A DNA stretch of 64,000 bases from an uncultured delta proteobacterium (GTDB taxonomy: Bacteria > Desulfobacterota > Binatia > HRBIN30 > BPIQ01). Below are positions 1 to 9,606 of this stretch, in pieces. Position 1 is the stretch's first letter. The number at the start of each line of letters is the position of its first letter. The notes beneath the pieces were generated by a model. The model had not been told where the DNA came from and searched no databases. It saw only the letters and a program-made list of their open reading frames with translations. The stretch is from NCBI GenBank assembly GCA_963761335.1, contig CAVXGR010000015.1:96001-160000 (forward strand), read 5' to 3'. The translations under genes were made by a program, and so were the position numbers.

Positions 1-25
1 GCAAGATTCGCTCGAGGAACGGCAC

Positions 26-1261
26 ATGCAGGTGATCGTCCTGCTGCGCTGGGTCCTGATCATTGCCACGTCGTACCTGGTTCTCTTCAGCAGCGCAGCC
101 CGGCAGACGTCGCCGACGGAGGCGCTGTTCGTCGTCGGTTACTTCGCCTCCAACATTGCCTTGCCGCCGCTGTGGCGCCGCGTCTCCTCGCGGCACGCGA
201 TGCGCAGCGCCGTGGTTCTCTTCGACACCATGGCGGCGTCCCTCGGCCTAGTGCTGACCAACAACGTCTCCAGCGACTTCTTCTTGCTCTTCTTCCTGGT
301 CCTCTTCCTGGGAGCCCTGACGAACCGCCTGGGGCTGGTGGCTGGAGCCGCCGTGCTCAGCTGCGTCATTCACCTGGTCACCGTCTCGCAATACATCGAC
401 CTCGCTGAGATGGCGCGGCAGGGGTATCTGCTGCGGGTGCCGTTCCTCCTGGTCGTCGCCTTGTTCTTCGGACATCTGGTCGGCGAGGAAAGCCGCAGCC
501 GCGAGCGTCGCCGGCTGGATTTCGTGACCGGTGTCAGCCACGACCTCAAGAATCCCCTTGGCGTCATCCATTCGATGTCCGAGTTCCTTCTCGACGGCAG
601 TGCCGGGCCGCTCACCGCCGATCAGCAACAGCTGGTGCAGCGCATTCACGACAGTGCTCGCGGGATCATCTCCCTGTCCCGCAATCTCCTCGACGTGGCC
701 CGGATCGGCGAGGGGCGGCTACTGCTGCAGTTCGCTCCGAGCAACCTGGCCGACGTGGTTTCCCGTGCCGTGGCGCTGGCGCAGCCCACGGCCGAGGCCA
801 GATGCGTGACGCTGCGTTGCTCGTTGGCCGCCGGCCTGCCGGCGATCTCTCTGGATCCCGCGCAGATGGAGAGAGTGGTCGGCAACCTCGTCGACAATGC
901 CGTCAAGTACACGTCTACGGGCGGCGTTGTGGACATCTCGCTGCGCGCCGAGCTCGAGGAGGTGGTGCTGGCGGTCCACGACGACGGGCCGGGAATTCCA
1001 GCGCATCAGCTCGAGGCGATCTTCGACAAGTACCGCCGCTTCACCAGCACCCGAGCCATTCAGGGCACGGGTCTGGGGCTCTTTATCGTCAGGTCGATCG
1101 CCGAGGCGCATGGCGGTCGGGTCGCCGGCGAGAGCGCCGTAGGCCAAGGCACGACGATCCGCGTGCGCCTGCCGTTGCGCCGCGAGAGCCCGCCCCCGTC
1201 GCGATGGCTCGCGGCGTGGCGCTGGCTGCCGCGGCTCGGCTTGCCGCGGGTGGCCAGCTGA
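26..1261 (+). CDS. Membrane-bound sensor histidine kinase (multi-TM + HisKA + HATPase)
   Basis: Several hydrophobic N-terminal helices; H-box SHDLKNPL, N-box NLVDNAVKY, DDGPGI, GTGLGL. The true start could lie upstream of the window edge. Confidence 0.9.
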   Translation: MQVIVLLRWVLIIATSYLVLFSSAARQTSPTEALFVVGYFASNIALPPLWRRVSSRHAMRSAVVLFDTMAASLGLVLTNNVSSDFFLLFFLVLFLGALTNRLGLVAGAAVLSCVIHLVTVSQYIDLAEMARQGYLLRVPFLLVVALFFGHLVGEESRSRERRRLDFVTGVSHDLKNPLGVIHSMSEFLLDGSAGPLTADQQQLVQRIHDSARGIISLSRNLLDVARIGEGRLLLQFAPSNLADVVSRAVALAQPTAEARCVTLRCSLAAGLPAISLDPAQMERVVGNLVDNAVKYTSTGGVVDISLRAELEEVVLAVHDDGPGIPAHQLEAIFDKYRRFTSTRAIQGTGLGLFIVRSIAEAHGGRVAGESAVGQGTTIRVRLPLRRESPPPSRWLAAWRWLPRLGLPRVAS

Positions 1262-1267
1262 CGGCGA

Positions 1268-2005
1268 TCAGCCGGCGAACCGCTGCATCTTGCGCATGAT
1301 GCGATTGGCCTCGGCCACCAGGGCGCGTCGCAGAGTCGGCTTGGTGGTACGAGCGCACCAGTCGCGCAGTGACTGCAAGTCCCGCCCGAGCGATTCCATG
1401 ACCGCCAGCCGGGCCCGGCGGCGGGGATCGCGGCGCGCCGCCTCGAGGCGCTGGTTCCACCTGCTCAGCTGGGCATCGAGCGCGTTGACCGCCACCTCGA
1501 TCTTTTCCTGATCCGGCGGTGCCCCCGGCTGCATCGCGGGCGCTGCGCCCTTTGCCCGCGGTGGCTGCCGCGCGAACCCGTACTTGCGCAGCACGCCCGC
1601 GACGATGCCGCGGACACGGACGTGCTCGCCGCGGATCACCAGCGGCAGCATCTCCGGATTTGCCGGTTGCAGGCGTACCTCGCCGTCGGGACCGATATAG
1701 AACTTCTTCACGGTGACGCAGCCGTCGACCTCCGCGACCACCGTTTGTCCGTTGGCGGCGGTCTCGCGAGGCTCGACGATCAGGTAATCGCCATCGTGGA
1801 TGCCCTCGTCGATCATCGAGTTGCCCTTCACCCGCAGGGCGAAGACGCCATTGGTGTCCCACAGACCCTCCGGTACGGACAGTGTCTCGTCGATCTCGAA
1901 GGCGCGGTACGGCTGCCCGGCGGCCACCACTCCCAGCAGCGGGATCTCGACGGTCGCCTCCGGCGTCCAGCTCTCTGCAGCCCAAGACGTTGCTCCACTT
2001 CGCAT
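1268..2005 (-). CDS. LexA/UmuD-like S24 peptidase lacking the N-terminal DNA-binding domain, with a C-terminal helical extension
   Basis: IPLLGVVAAG (Ala-Gly cleavage site), RVKGNSM (catalytic Ser), VTVKK (catalytic Lys), LQPANP. GAGGAGG RBS precedes the ATG at 2005. Confidence 0.85.
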   Translation of the reverse strand: MRSGATSWAAESWTPEATVEIPLLGVVAAGQPYRAFEIDETLSVPEGLWDTNGVFALRVKGNSMIDEGIHDGDYLIVEPRETAANGQTVVAEVDGCVTVKKFYIGPDGEVRLQPANPEMLPLVIRGEHVRVRGIVAGVLRKYGFARQPPRAKGAAPAMQPGAPPDQEKIEVAVNALDAQLSRWNQRLEAARRDPRRRARLAVMESLGRDLQSLRDWCARTTKPTLRRALVAEANRIMRKMQRFAG

Positions 2006-2032
2006 CTTCACCTCCTCTTCGCCTGAACTATA

Positions 2033-2047
2033 CGAATAAAGAGCGAA
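2033..2047 (-). promoter_or_regulatory. Possible SOS-box-like direct repeat TTCG-N7-TTCG
   Basis: Minus strand reads TTCGctctttaTTCG next to a TATAGT -10-like hexamer, just upstream of the S24 gene. It resembles GTTC-N7-GTTC LexA boxes. Confidence 0.35.
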
Positions 2048-2160
2048 AGTAAAGTCGTCGAGGTTTGCCCGCAGGATCGCGTCCCCTCTTGGGGCTGAGG
2101 ATCTGTCTCGAAACCAAAGTCGAAGCGCCGTCCCGGCGCTTCGAAGCGGCGGGACGGGCC

Positions 2161-2925
2161 CTAGCCCCGCGCCTTCCCGGGTTCCTGGGCGCTGCGCCGG
2201 AACCCGGGATAATAGCGCTCCAGCTCCCGACGCAGCTCGGCGACCGGCATCTGTCCGGGGGCGCTGGCGGCGCGGTGGAAGCCGAAGGTGATGCGCGACC
2301 CGGCCAGCGGGAAGAAGACGCGGGAGATGGTGCCGAGCTCGCCGACGGCCATGGTGACCAGCGGCTGGCGGCGGTGGCGCAGGGTGAACTCCAGCAGGTG
2401 GAGGAGGTCCTCGCGGTGCCGCGGTGCCGCGGCGACCTTGACGATGTCGGCGCCGGCGTCGCGAGCGGCGTCGTGGATCGCGTCGAGCGCGGCGGCGCCG
2501 GGGGTGGCGGCGAAGTCGTGATGCGAGACGATCGCCAAGCGGGCTGCGCTGTGAGCCGCGGCGATCACTTGGTCGCGCAGAGAGGCGCGCAGCTCGATGT
2601 CGACGGCATCGACGGACGGCATCACGGCGCCATAGAGGGCGAGGCGCTCCGCATCCGGCAGCTCCTTCTGGCCGCCTTCCTCGGCGGCGCGCACGGTGGC
2701 GATGATCGGGGTCTCCGGGCTGGCGCCGCGCACCGCCTCGACGACGCCGCGGACGTGCTCGATGTCCAGGCTCGAGAAGGCGTCGATGCGCAGCTCGACG
2801 ATGTCGGCGAGGCGCGCCACGGCGCGCATGTCGCCGCCCGGGTCGTCGTCGGTGAGGGGGACGGCGATACGCGGTACATCGCCGAGCTCGAGCGAGCCGA
2901 TGCGGATGGCGCGCATGCTCCTCAC
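2161..2925 (-). CDS. aroD: Type I 3-dehydroquinate dehydratase
   Basis: DIVELRID, IATVRAAEEGG, VDIEL, SHHDFAATP, GADIVKVA, MAVGELGTISR, APGQ motifs. Confidence 0.92.
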   Translation of the reverse strand: MRSMRAIRIGSLELGDVPRIAVPLTDDDPGGDMRAVARLADIVELRIDAFSSLDIEHVRGVVEAVRGASPETPIIATVRAAEEGGQKELPDAERLALYGAVMPSVDAVDIELRASLRDQVIAAAHSAARLAIVSHHDFAATPGAAALDAIHDAARDAGADIVKVAAAPRHREDLLHLLEFTLRHRRQPLVTMAVGELGTISRVFFPLAGSRITFGFHRAASAPGQMPVAELRRELERYYPGFRRSAQEPGKARG

Positions 2926-4526
2926 CGCTCGAGAACGATCACGCAGGCGTTGGCGCCACGCCCGACGGTGTGCGCCATCGCGGTGCGGGCGCCGCTCACC
3001 TGCCGCCCCTCCGCCTCACCGCGCAGCTGCCAGACGAGCTCGATCACCTGCCCGAGCCCGGAGGCGCCGAGAGGTTCGCCCTTCGACAGGAGCCCGCCGC
3101 TCGGATTGACGGGCAGCCGGCCGCCGATCTCCGTATGGCCCTCCTCGATCCACTCGCCGCTCTCGCCGTGGCCGCACAAGCCGAGCTCCTCGTATGACAG
3201 CAGCTCGCGGCCGGAGTCGGTGTCCTGCACCTCCACCACGTCCAGGTCGGCCGGACCGATGCCGGCGGCGCCAAAGGCGTCGCGCGCCGCCAGCTCTGTC
3301 GGGCTCGGGGGGTCGGTGTCGAGCCCGGAGAGCGGCGTGTGCTCGCCGAGGACGCTGCCGGGAAGGTGGGAACGCAGCGCCGCCGCGGCGATCCGCACCG
3401 GTCCGGGCGTGCTTCCGGAGGCGCGCAGCACGACGGCCGCGGCTCCCTCGTTGGGGGCGCACAGCATGAAGGTGGTCAGCGGATCGCAGACCATCGGCGA
3501 TGCGAGCACCTGCTCGCGGGAGAGCTCCTTGCGGTACATGGCGTAGGGGTTGTGCACGCCGTTGCGGTGGTTCTTGACCGACACCTGCGCCAGCTGCGCG
3601 CCGGTCACGCCGCTCTCGCGCATGAGTCGCTGCGCCCGCAGCGCGAAGTAGGCGGGGTTGACCGCCAGCCCTGCCTCCTCGCGCCAGGGCTCGAAGAAGG
3701 ACGAGCGGATGACCCCGCGCGGCATCTTCTCCATGCCGAACACCAGCACGCAGTCGCAGCGCCCGGAGCGGATTGCCTCGATGCCGAAGATCAGGGCAGC
3801 GCCACCGCTGGCGCAACCGGCCTCGATGTTGGCGATGGGCACGCCGGTGAGACCGAGGGCGGTGAGCACCTTGTGACCGGCGGCGACGCCGCTGTACACG
3901 GTGCCGCAATAGGCCGCCTGAAATCCGCCGCGCTCGACACCGGCGTGGCGCAGCGCCTGGCGCACCGCGGCCACCCCCATGTCGACGGCGCTCTGGTCGG
4001 CGAAGCGCCCGAAGGGGTGAATTCCGAGACCGGCGATCTCCACCGGACGCCCACCGCCGGCGAGGGCCGCGGGAAGCCGCCACGGCGGCGGCTGCGGGCG
4101 CGCCGCCTGTGGCGGGGGCGCGGCGCCGGTGTCGGCGGCGAAGGCATAGGTGACGACCTCTTCGCCGTCGTCGTCGCGATGGAGCGGCTCGGCCACCAGT
4201 CGCATCGGCGTTCCCGCCGGCAGCTGGGCCGCGTCGGCGTCGGCGATCCGGGTCACGACGCGCAGCCCCGCCGCCAGCTCGACGATGCCGAAGCCGAAGG
4301 GAAGAGCGCCGCGATAGCCGGGCGGACGGTTGACGACGGAGGTGGAGAGATAGAGCCGCGCCGCGCTATCGGTCAGCGCCTCGGTGTCGGCGTCGCCGCC
4401 GCAGTACGGGCAGAAGGAGGCGGCGGGGAAATGCAGCCGGGCGCAATCCCGGCAGCGGCCGGCGAGCAGCTGCGGCGCGCCATCGTCGACGCACCGGAAC
4501 AGGCCTGCCGTGATGGCGCGTCCCAT
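2922..4526 (-). CDS. DUF35 (Zn-ribbon/OB-fold) fused to an SCP2-type thiolase
   Basis: N-terminal CRDC..CPYC plus OB-fold; C-terminal thiolase motifs GCASG, VKNH, VNPSGGLLSKGEP. Confidence 0.88.
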   Translation of the reverse strand: MGRAITAGLFRCVDDGAPQLLAGRCRDCARLHFPAASFCPYCGGDADTEALTDSAARLYLSTSVVNRPPGYRGALPFGFGIVELAAGLRVVTRIADADAAQLPAGTPMRLVAEPLHRDDDGEEVVTYAFAADTGAAPPPQAARPQPPPWRLPAALAGGGRPVEIAGLGIHPFGRFADQSAVDMGVAAVRQALRHAGVERGGFQAAYCGTVYSGVAAGHKVLTALGLTGVPIANIEAGCASGGAALIFGIEAIRSGRCDCVLVFGMEKMPRGVIRSSFFEPWREEAGLAVNPAYFALRAQRLMRESGVTGAQLAQVSVKNHRNGVHNPYAMYRKELSREQVLASPMVCDPLTTFMLCAPNEGAAAVVLRASGSTPGPVRIAAAALRSHLPGSVLGEHTPLSGLDTDPPSPTELAARDAFGAAGIGPADLDVVEVQDTDSGRELLSYEELGLCGHGESGEWIEEGHTEIGGRLPVNPSGGLLSKGEPLGASGLGQVIELVWQLRGEAEGRQVSGARTAMAHTVGRGANACVIVLER

Positions 4527-4564
4527 GGCCGCTCCATAGCACGCCCGCCCGGGGCATCAGCAAA

Positions 4565-4660
4565 CCGAGCCACCGAGCCACTGAGCCACCGAGCCACTGA
4601 GCCACCGAGCCACTGAGCCACCGAGCCACTGATCCACCGAGCCACTGATCCACTGATCTA
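4565..4660. repeat. Tandem 8-mer array, 12 copies of C[CT]GA[GT]C[CT]A
   Basis: ccgagcca/ctgagcca/ctgatcca units read directly; the last unit overlaps the asnS stop codon. Confidence 0.95.
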
Positions 4661-5953
4661 CGGCTCCAGTCGCTCCATCATTCGCGGGAATGGAATCGTC
4701 TCGCGTACGTGGTGGAGCCCGCAGACCCAGGCGACCATGCGCTCGATTCCCATGCCGAAGCCGGCGTGGGGCACCGAGCCGTAGCGGCGCAGGTCGAGGT
4801 ACCACTCGAAGGCGGAGCGCGGCAGCTGGTGAGCCTCGATCTTGCGCACCAGGACCTCGTAGTCGTCCTCGCGCTGCCCGCCGCCGATGATCTCGCCATA
4901 GCCCTCCGGCGCCAGCACGTCGACGCAGAGAGCCAGGCGCGGATCCTCCGGATCGGCCTTCATGTAGAACGCCTTGCACTGCGCCGGATAGCGGTGAACC
5001 ATGACCGGGCGATCGAAGGTGCTGGAGAGGGCCGTCTCCTCGTCGCCGCCGAAGTCCTCCCCCCAGTCGATCGCCGCGCCGCCGCGGCGCAGCTGCTCGA
5101 CGGCTTCGCCGTAAGCGATGCGGGGAAACGGCTTGCGCACCTTCTCCAGGGCCGTCAGGTCGCGCTCCAGGCTCTCCAGCTCGCCGCGGCGGCTGCTGAG
5201 TGTCCGTTGCACGACGTACTCGACGAAGTCCTCGGCGAGGTCCATGTCGCCGGCCAGGTCCATGAACGCCACCTCCGGCTCGACCATCCAGAACTCGGTG
5301 AGATGGCGCCGCGTCTTCGACTTCTCGGCGCGGAAGGTGGGGCCGAAGCAGTACACCTTCCCGAAGGCCATGGCGGCGGCCTCGGCGTAGAGCTGGCCGC
5401 TCTGTGTGAGATAGGCCTTGCGCTCGAAGTAGTCGGTCTCGAAGAGGGTGGTGGTGCCCTCGCACGCCGCCGGCGTGAAGATCGGCGCATCGATCAGGGT
5501 GAAGCCGCGACCGTCGAAGTAGTCCCGGCAGGCGCGGATGATCTCGGCGCGCACGCGCATGATGGCGTGCTGGCGCGCCGAGCGCAGCCACAGGTGACGG
5601 TGGTCGAGCAGGAAGGCGACGCCGTGCTCCTTCGGGGTGATCGGGTACTCGGAGGCGCGGTGCAGGAGCTCGAGGTGGCGAACGCTCAGCTCGTAGCCGA
5701 TTCGGGCGCGCCGGTCGGCGCGCACCGTTCCGCTGACGCGGACCGAGGACTCCTGGGTGAGGTGATCGGCGAGCGCGAACTCCTCGGCGGAGACGTCGCC
5801 CTTGAAGATGACGCACTGGATGGTTCCGGTGCCGTCGCGCACTTGCAGGAAGTGCAGCTTGCCGCTCGAGCGCTTGTTGTACAGCCATCCCTGGATGGCG
5901 ACCTCCTGTCCCTCGTGTGCGGCGATGTCCTCGACGTAGACGGTGGCGGCCAT
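4658..5953 (-). CDS. asnS: Asparagine--tRNA ligase
   Basis: [60 protein letters not shown]. Confidence 0.95.
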   Translation of the reverse strand: MAATVYVEDIAAHEGQEVAIQGWLYNKRSSGKLHFLQVRDGTGTIQCVIFKGDVSAEEFALADHLTQESSVRVSGTVRADRRARIGYELSVRHLELLHRASEYPITPKEHGVAFLLDHRHLWLRSARQHAIMRVRAEIIRACRDYFDGRGFTLIDAPIFTPAACEGTTTLFETDYFERKAYLTQSGQLYAEAAAMAFGKVYCFGPTFRAEKSKTRRHLTEFWMVEPEVAFMDLAGDMDLAEDFVEYVVQRTLSSRRGELESLERDLTALEKVRKPFPRIAYGEAVEQLRRGGAAIDWGEDFGGDEETALSSTFDRPVMVHRYPAQCKAFYMKADPEDPRLALCVDVLAPEGYGEIIGGGQREDDYEVLVRKIEAHQLPRSAFEWYLDLRRYGSVPHAGFGMGIERMVAWVCGLHHVRETIPFPRMMERLEP

Positions 5954-5996
5954 GAATGGGCCCAGTGTCTCACTTCGGCTGCGGAGGTTCCAGCGG

Positions 5997-6731
5997 TCAC
6001 CGGCGCCGAGCGCGCGTGCCGAGGATCTGGGCGGCGCGCCGGAACACCGCCTCGAAGGCGGACCACTTCAGCTTGCCGGTGAAGGTATTCTGCTGGCTCG
6101 GGTGATAGGAGGCGATGAGGACGAGGTCGCCGAGGTCGATCTCGGCGCCGTGAGCAAAGCGCGGTCGCGGGCGCGGCACCTCGCCGCCGGCGTCCTGGCG
6201 CGCCGCCAGGTAGGAGTCGAAGGCGATCTTGCCGAGGGCGACGATGACCTGCAGGTGGTCGAGGGTCTCGAGCTCGCGCAGGAGGTAGGGGCGGCAGTGG
6301 AGGACCTCCTCCCGGGTCGGCTTGTTGGCCGGCGGGGCGCAGCGCACGGCGGCGCTGACGTAGGCGCGCTGCAGGGCGAGGCCGTCGTCGCGGGCGCTGG
6401 AGGTGGCCTGGCTGGCAAAGCCCGTGGCGTGCAGGGCGCGGTAGAGCCACTCCCCCGAGCGGTCTCCGGTGAACATGCGGCCGGTGCGGTTGGCACCGTG
6501 CGCCGCCGGGGCCAGGCCGACGATCAGCAGGCGCGCCGCGGGATCGCCGAAGCCGGGCACCGGCCGTCCCCAGTACACCCAGTCGCGGAACTGTCGCCGC
6601 TTGTCGCGGGCGACGGCTTCACGATGAGCGACCAGCCGCGGACAGCGGCGACAGGCGGCGATTTCCGCGGCGAGAGCGGCGATGGCTGCGGTCGGCGCTT
6701 GCCGGCCGCGTTCGCCACGAGCTCCGGGCAC
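5997..6731 (-). CDS. Uracil-DNA glycosylase family 5 (UdgB-like, Fe-S)
   Basis: [40 protein letters not shown] start chosen just after the upstream gene's stop. Confidence 0.9.
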   Translation of the reverse strand: MPGARGERGRQAPTAAIAALAAEIAACRRCPRLVAHREAVARDKRRQFRDWVYWGRPVPGFGDPAARLLIVGLAPAAHGANRTGRMFTGDRSGEWLYRALHATGFASQATSSARDDGLALQRAYVSAAVRCAPPANKPTREEVLHCRPYLLRELETLDHLQVIVALGKIAFDSYLAARQDAGGEVPRPRPRFAHGAEIDLGDLVLIASYHPSQQNTFTGKLKWSAFEAVFRRAAQILGTRARRR

Positions 6732-6732
6732 T

Positions 6733-6993
6733 TCAGTGAGTGGTAACCGTGCCGCCCTCGCTGACTCCGAACATCTGGCCGACCGCGTCGTAGGCGGGTC
6801 CGAGAACACCGTCCAGGGTGTCCGTCAGCAGCTGCTCGATGTCGGAGATGTCGTCGACCGACAGAGCGCTCATGTCCTGGTGCATGCCGTGTAGGGCCCA
6901 GATCGCGGTGCGCATTCTGCCGCGCACCTCGTCGAGCATCCGCAGGACTTCCTGAGGATCCAGTTGGACGGCTTGATCGCCATCTTTCGCCAT
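6733..6993 (-). CDS. Small acidic helical hypothetical protein (86 aa)
   Basis: AAAGGAG RBS before the ATG at 6993; protein-like MAKDGDQ...; stop abuts the UDG start. Confidence 0.7.
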   Translation of the reverse strand: MAKDGDQAVQLDPQEVLRMLDEVRGRMRTAIWALHGMHQDMSALSVDDISDIEQLLTDTLDGVLGPAYDAVGQMFGVSEGGTVTTH

Positions 6994-7221
6994 TGTTGGT
7001 GCTCTCCTTTCGGCGGACAGCCAAGCAGAGTCTGCCCAGTCCGGTGCGGGAGCGCAAGAGACTCGGCGGCGCGGCACATCGCCTTGTCCCCCAAGGAGGT
7101 GCGTACTATATGCCCGACTTGGGGATATGACTTGCCGCGGTGACTCCGACCCGGTGGAGCCGGCACGGGAAGGCCGGTCGCCACGAATCCGGCCGCGGCG
7201 AGCCGCGAGCGGGGCTCCTGC

Positions 7222-9606
7222 ATGTCGTTGATGGAACGCTACGTTCGCTTCATCGTGCGCCACCCTCGCCCGGTGGTCTTGGCGATCCTCGTCGTCACCG
7301 CCCTCCTCGCCACCCAGCTCCGCCACGTGCACATGGAGATCCGCCGCCGCGCGAATCTTCCGGAGGATCATCCCTACGTACAGATTCAAGATCGCATTGC
7401 GGACCTGTTCGGCGGTGAGACGACGCTGATTGTCGGCGTGATCCCGCGACACGGCGACATCTTTTCTCCTTCGACCCTCGAGAAGATCATCCGCATTACG
7501 CGCAAGTTCGAGGATCTCCGCGGGGTTGTCGAGAGCAATCTGCTCAGCATCGCGGCCCGGCACGTGAAGGCGATCCGTCCCACCGCGGACGGTATGGACG
7601 TGCGGCCTCTGCTCGAGTCAGTGCCGAAGACTGCGGAGGGGCTGGAACGTCTCAAGCAACAGATTCTGTCTTATGAGATCTACGCCGGCACACTGGTGGC
7701 GCGCGACGGACGGGCTGCCGCCATCGTCGTCGACTTCGATGACGAGCTGACCGACGCGCAGATCGACGACGCCGCGGAGAAGATTCTCGCGCCCGAGCGC
7801 GACGACACCGTCCGCTTCGCTCTGGGCGGGGCTCCACTGGTTCGGGCCTACGTCGGTAGGTACACGCGGGAGATGGGATTCCTGTTCCCGATCGCGGTGC
7901 TGGTCATCGCCCTGGTCCATTACGAAGCGTTTCGTACCGTACAGGCGATGGTCCTGCCGCTGGCGACGGCGCTGCTCAGCGTTCTCTGGGCCGTCAGCTT
8001 CATGGGCTTCACCGGCCAGCCGATGGACACTTGGAGCGCCATCACTCCCGTCGTGATCCTGGCGGTGGCGGCAGGGCACGCCGTTCAGATCCTGAAGCGG
8101 TACTACGAGGAGTACGCGATCGTCGGTGACAGTCGGGAAGCCGTGGTGCGGTCGGTCACCGCGGTCGGACCGGTGATGCTGACCGCCGGGTTCATCGCGT
8201 CGGCCGGATTCGCTTCTCTCCTCACTTTCGGCGTGAGCAGCGTCCGGGCCTTCGGCCTCCTGCTGTCGGTCGGCATCCTCAGTGCCCTGTTGATCGAGAT
8301 GACCTTCATCCCGGCGTGCCGAGCGATGCTGCCCGCCCCGCGCGGAGCGGAGGCCTCGCGCGAGCGGGGCGGTCGTGTGCTCTCCGCAATGCTGGAGTGG
8401 TTGTCGACGCTGATCATGGGGAATCCGCGGCTCTTGCTGGCCGCCGTCGTCGCCGTCGTCGCCGTTGCCGCGATCGGTATTCCGCGGCTCCGCGTCGACA
8501 ACAGCTTTCGCGGATGGTTTCCGGCGGATTCCGCAATTCGGCAGGATGACGATCTTCTCAATCGGCGACTGGCGGGCGCAACGACCCTGTATATTCTCCT
8601 GGAGGGCAAGGAGGACGGAGATCTGGAGCGGCCGGAGGTGCTGCGCGCCGTTGACGATCTCGAGAACTGGCTCAGAAGGCAGCCCAACGTCGGCGCGACC
8701 CTATCTCTGGCGGACTTCATCAAGCGGATGCACGGAGTGATGTCGTCCGGAACCGATCGCGCTGCCGCAGAGATTCCGAACAACAAGCGCCTGATCGCCC
8801 AGTACCTGCTGCTGTACTCGTTGTCCGGCCCCGACGACTTCAACTCCGTCGTTGACCCGGCGCACCGCCTGGGGGTGGTGCGCGCCTACGTCAAGACCGA
8901 CGAAGCGGAGTTCGGGGATGAGCTGTTCCGTCAGCTGACGACGTATGCGCGTGGGCGATTCCATGGCCTGCCGGTGACCCCGGAGATCGCTGGCGGTGCT
9001 CTCGGGGTGCAGACGGCGCTGAATCAGGTCATCGTCCACGAGAAGGCCGTCAACGTCCTGCAGATCTGCCTCATCATCTTCGTTCTCTCGAGCCTGGCAC
9101 TGAGATCTCTGGTGGCAGGCCTTCTGGTACTGGCGCCGCTGGTCCTGGCGGTGGTGTTCAATCTCGGAGTGATGGGTCTCACGGGGACTTGGCTGAGTAT
9201 CGGAACCGCCACCATCACCGCGATGGCGATCAGTATCGGTGCCGATTTCGCCATCTACCTGATCTTCCGTATTCGAGAGGAGCTGGGTCGCTCGGGCGGC
9301 GACGTCGCCGAGGCGATGCGAACCAGCCTGCTCACCTCGGGCAAAGCGATCTTTTTCGTGTCCTCGGCGGTGGTGCTGGGATATCTCGTCTTGGCCCTGT
9401 CCGGGTTCAAGCTCTGGATCCACCTGGGGGTACTCACGGCGCTGATGATGGCCGTCAGTGCTCTTGCGGCGCTGATCGTGATCCCTGCCGTCGCTCTGGT
9501 GATCCGTCCGCGGTTCCTCTGGCGCCGCATCTCCGCGGGCGAGTCCGGAGGAATGATGGCGCGGCCGGAGAGCGCCGATGAGAAGATCGGTGGGCAGGTG
9601 CGCTGA
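7222..9606 (+). CDS. MMPL/RND-family lipid exporter
   Basis: 794 aa; two repeats of one TM + periplasmic loop + ~5 TM; SIGADFAIY, TSGKAI motifs. Confidence 0.9.
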   Translation: MSLMERYVRFIVRHPRPVVLAILVVTALLATQLRHVHMEIRRRANLPEDHPYVQIQDRIADLFGGETTLIVGVIPRHGDIFSPSTLEKIIRITRKFEDLRGVVESNLLSIAARHVKAIRPTADGMDVRPLLESVPKTAEGLERLKQQILSYEIYAGTLVARDGRAAAIVVDFDDELTDAQIDDAAEKILAPERDDTVRFALGGAPLVRAYVGRYTREMGFLFPIAVLVIALVHYEAFRTVQAMVLPLATALLSVLWAVSFMGFTGQPMDTWSAITPVVILAVAAGHAVQILKRYYEEYAIVGDSREAVVRSVTAVGPVMLTAGFIASAGFASLLTFGVSSVRAFGLLLSVGILSALLIEMTFIPACRAMLPAPRGAEASRERGGRVLSAMLEWLSTLIMGNPRLLLAAVVAVVAVAAIGIPRLRVDNSFRGWFPADSAIRQDDDLLNRRLAGATTLYILLEGKEDGDLERPEVLRAVDDLENWLRRQPNVGATLSLADFIKRMHGVMSSGTDRAAAEIPNNKRLIAQYLLLYSLSGPDDFNSVVDPAHRLGVVRAYVKTDEAEFGDELFRQLTTYARGRFHGLPVTPEIAGGALGVQTALNQVIVHEKAVNVLQICLIIFVLSSLALRSLVAGLLVLAPLVLAVVFNLGVMGLTGTWLSIGTATITAMAISIGADFAIYLIFRIREELGRSGGDVAEAMRTSLLTSGKAIFFVSSAVVLGYLVLALSGFKLWIHLGVLTALMMAVSALAALIVIPAVALVIRPRFLWRRISAGESGGMMARPESADEKIGGQVR

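Noticed and set aside
2121..2143. Hairpin CGAAGCGCCG-TCC-CGGCGCTTCG as an intrinsic terminator of aroD
   Set aside because: The stem is real but has no adjacent T-run, so its function is unsupported.
4565..4660. Possible CRISPR array or repeat-coded peptide (WLGGSVA repeats)
   Set aside because: 8-bp units with no spacers and no cas genes; the peptide is just a translation of the DNA repeat.
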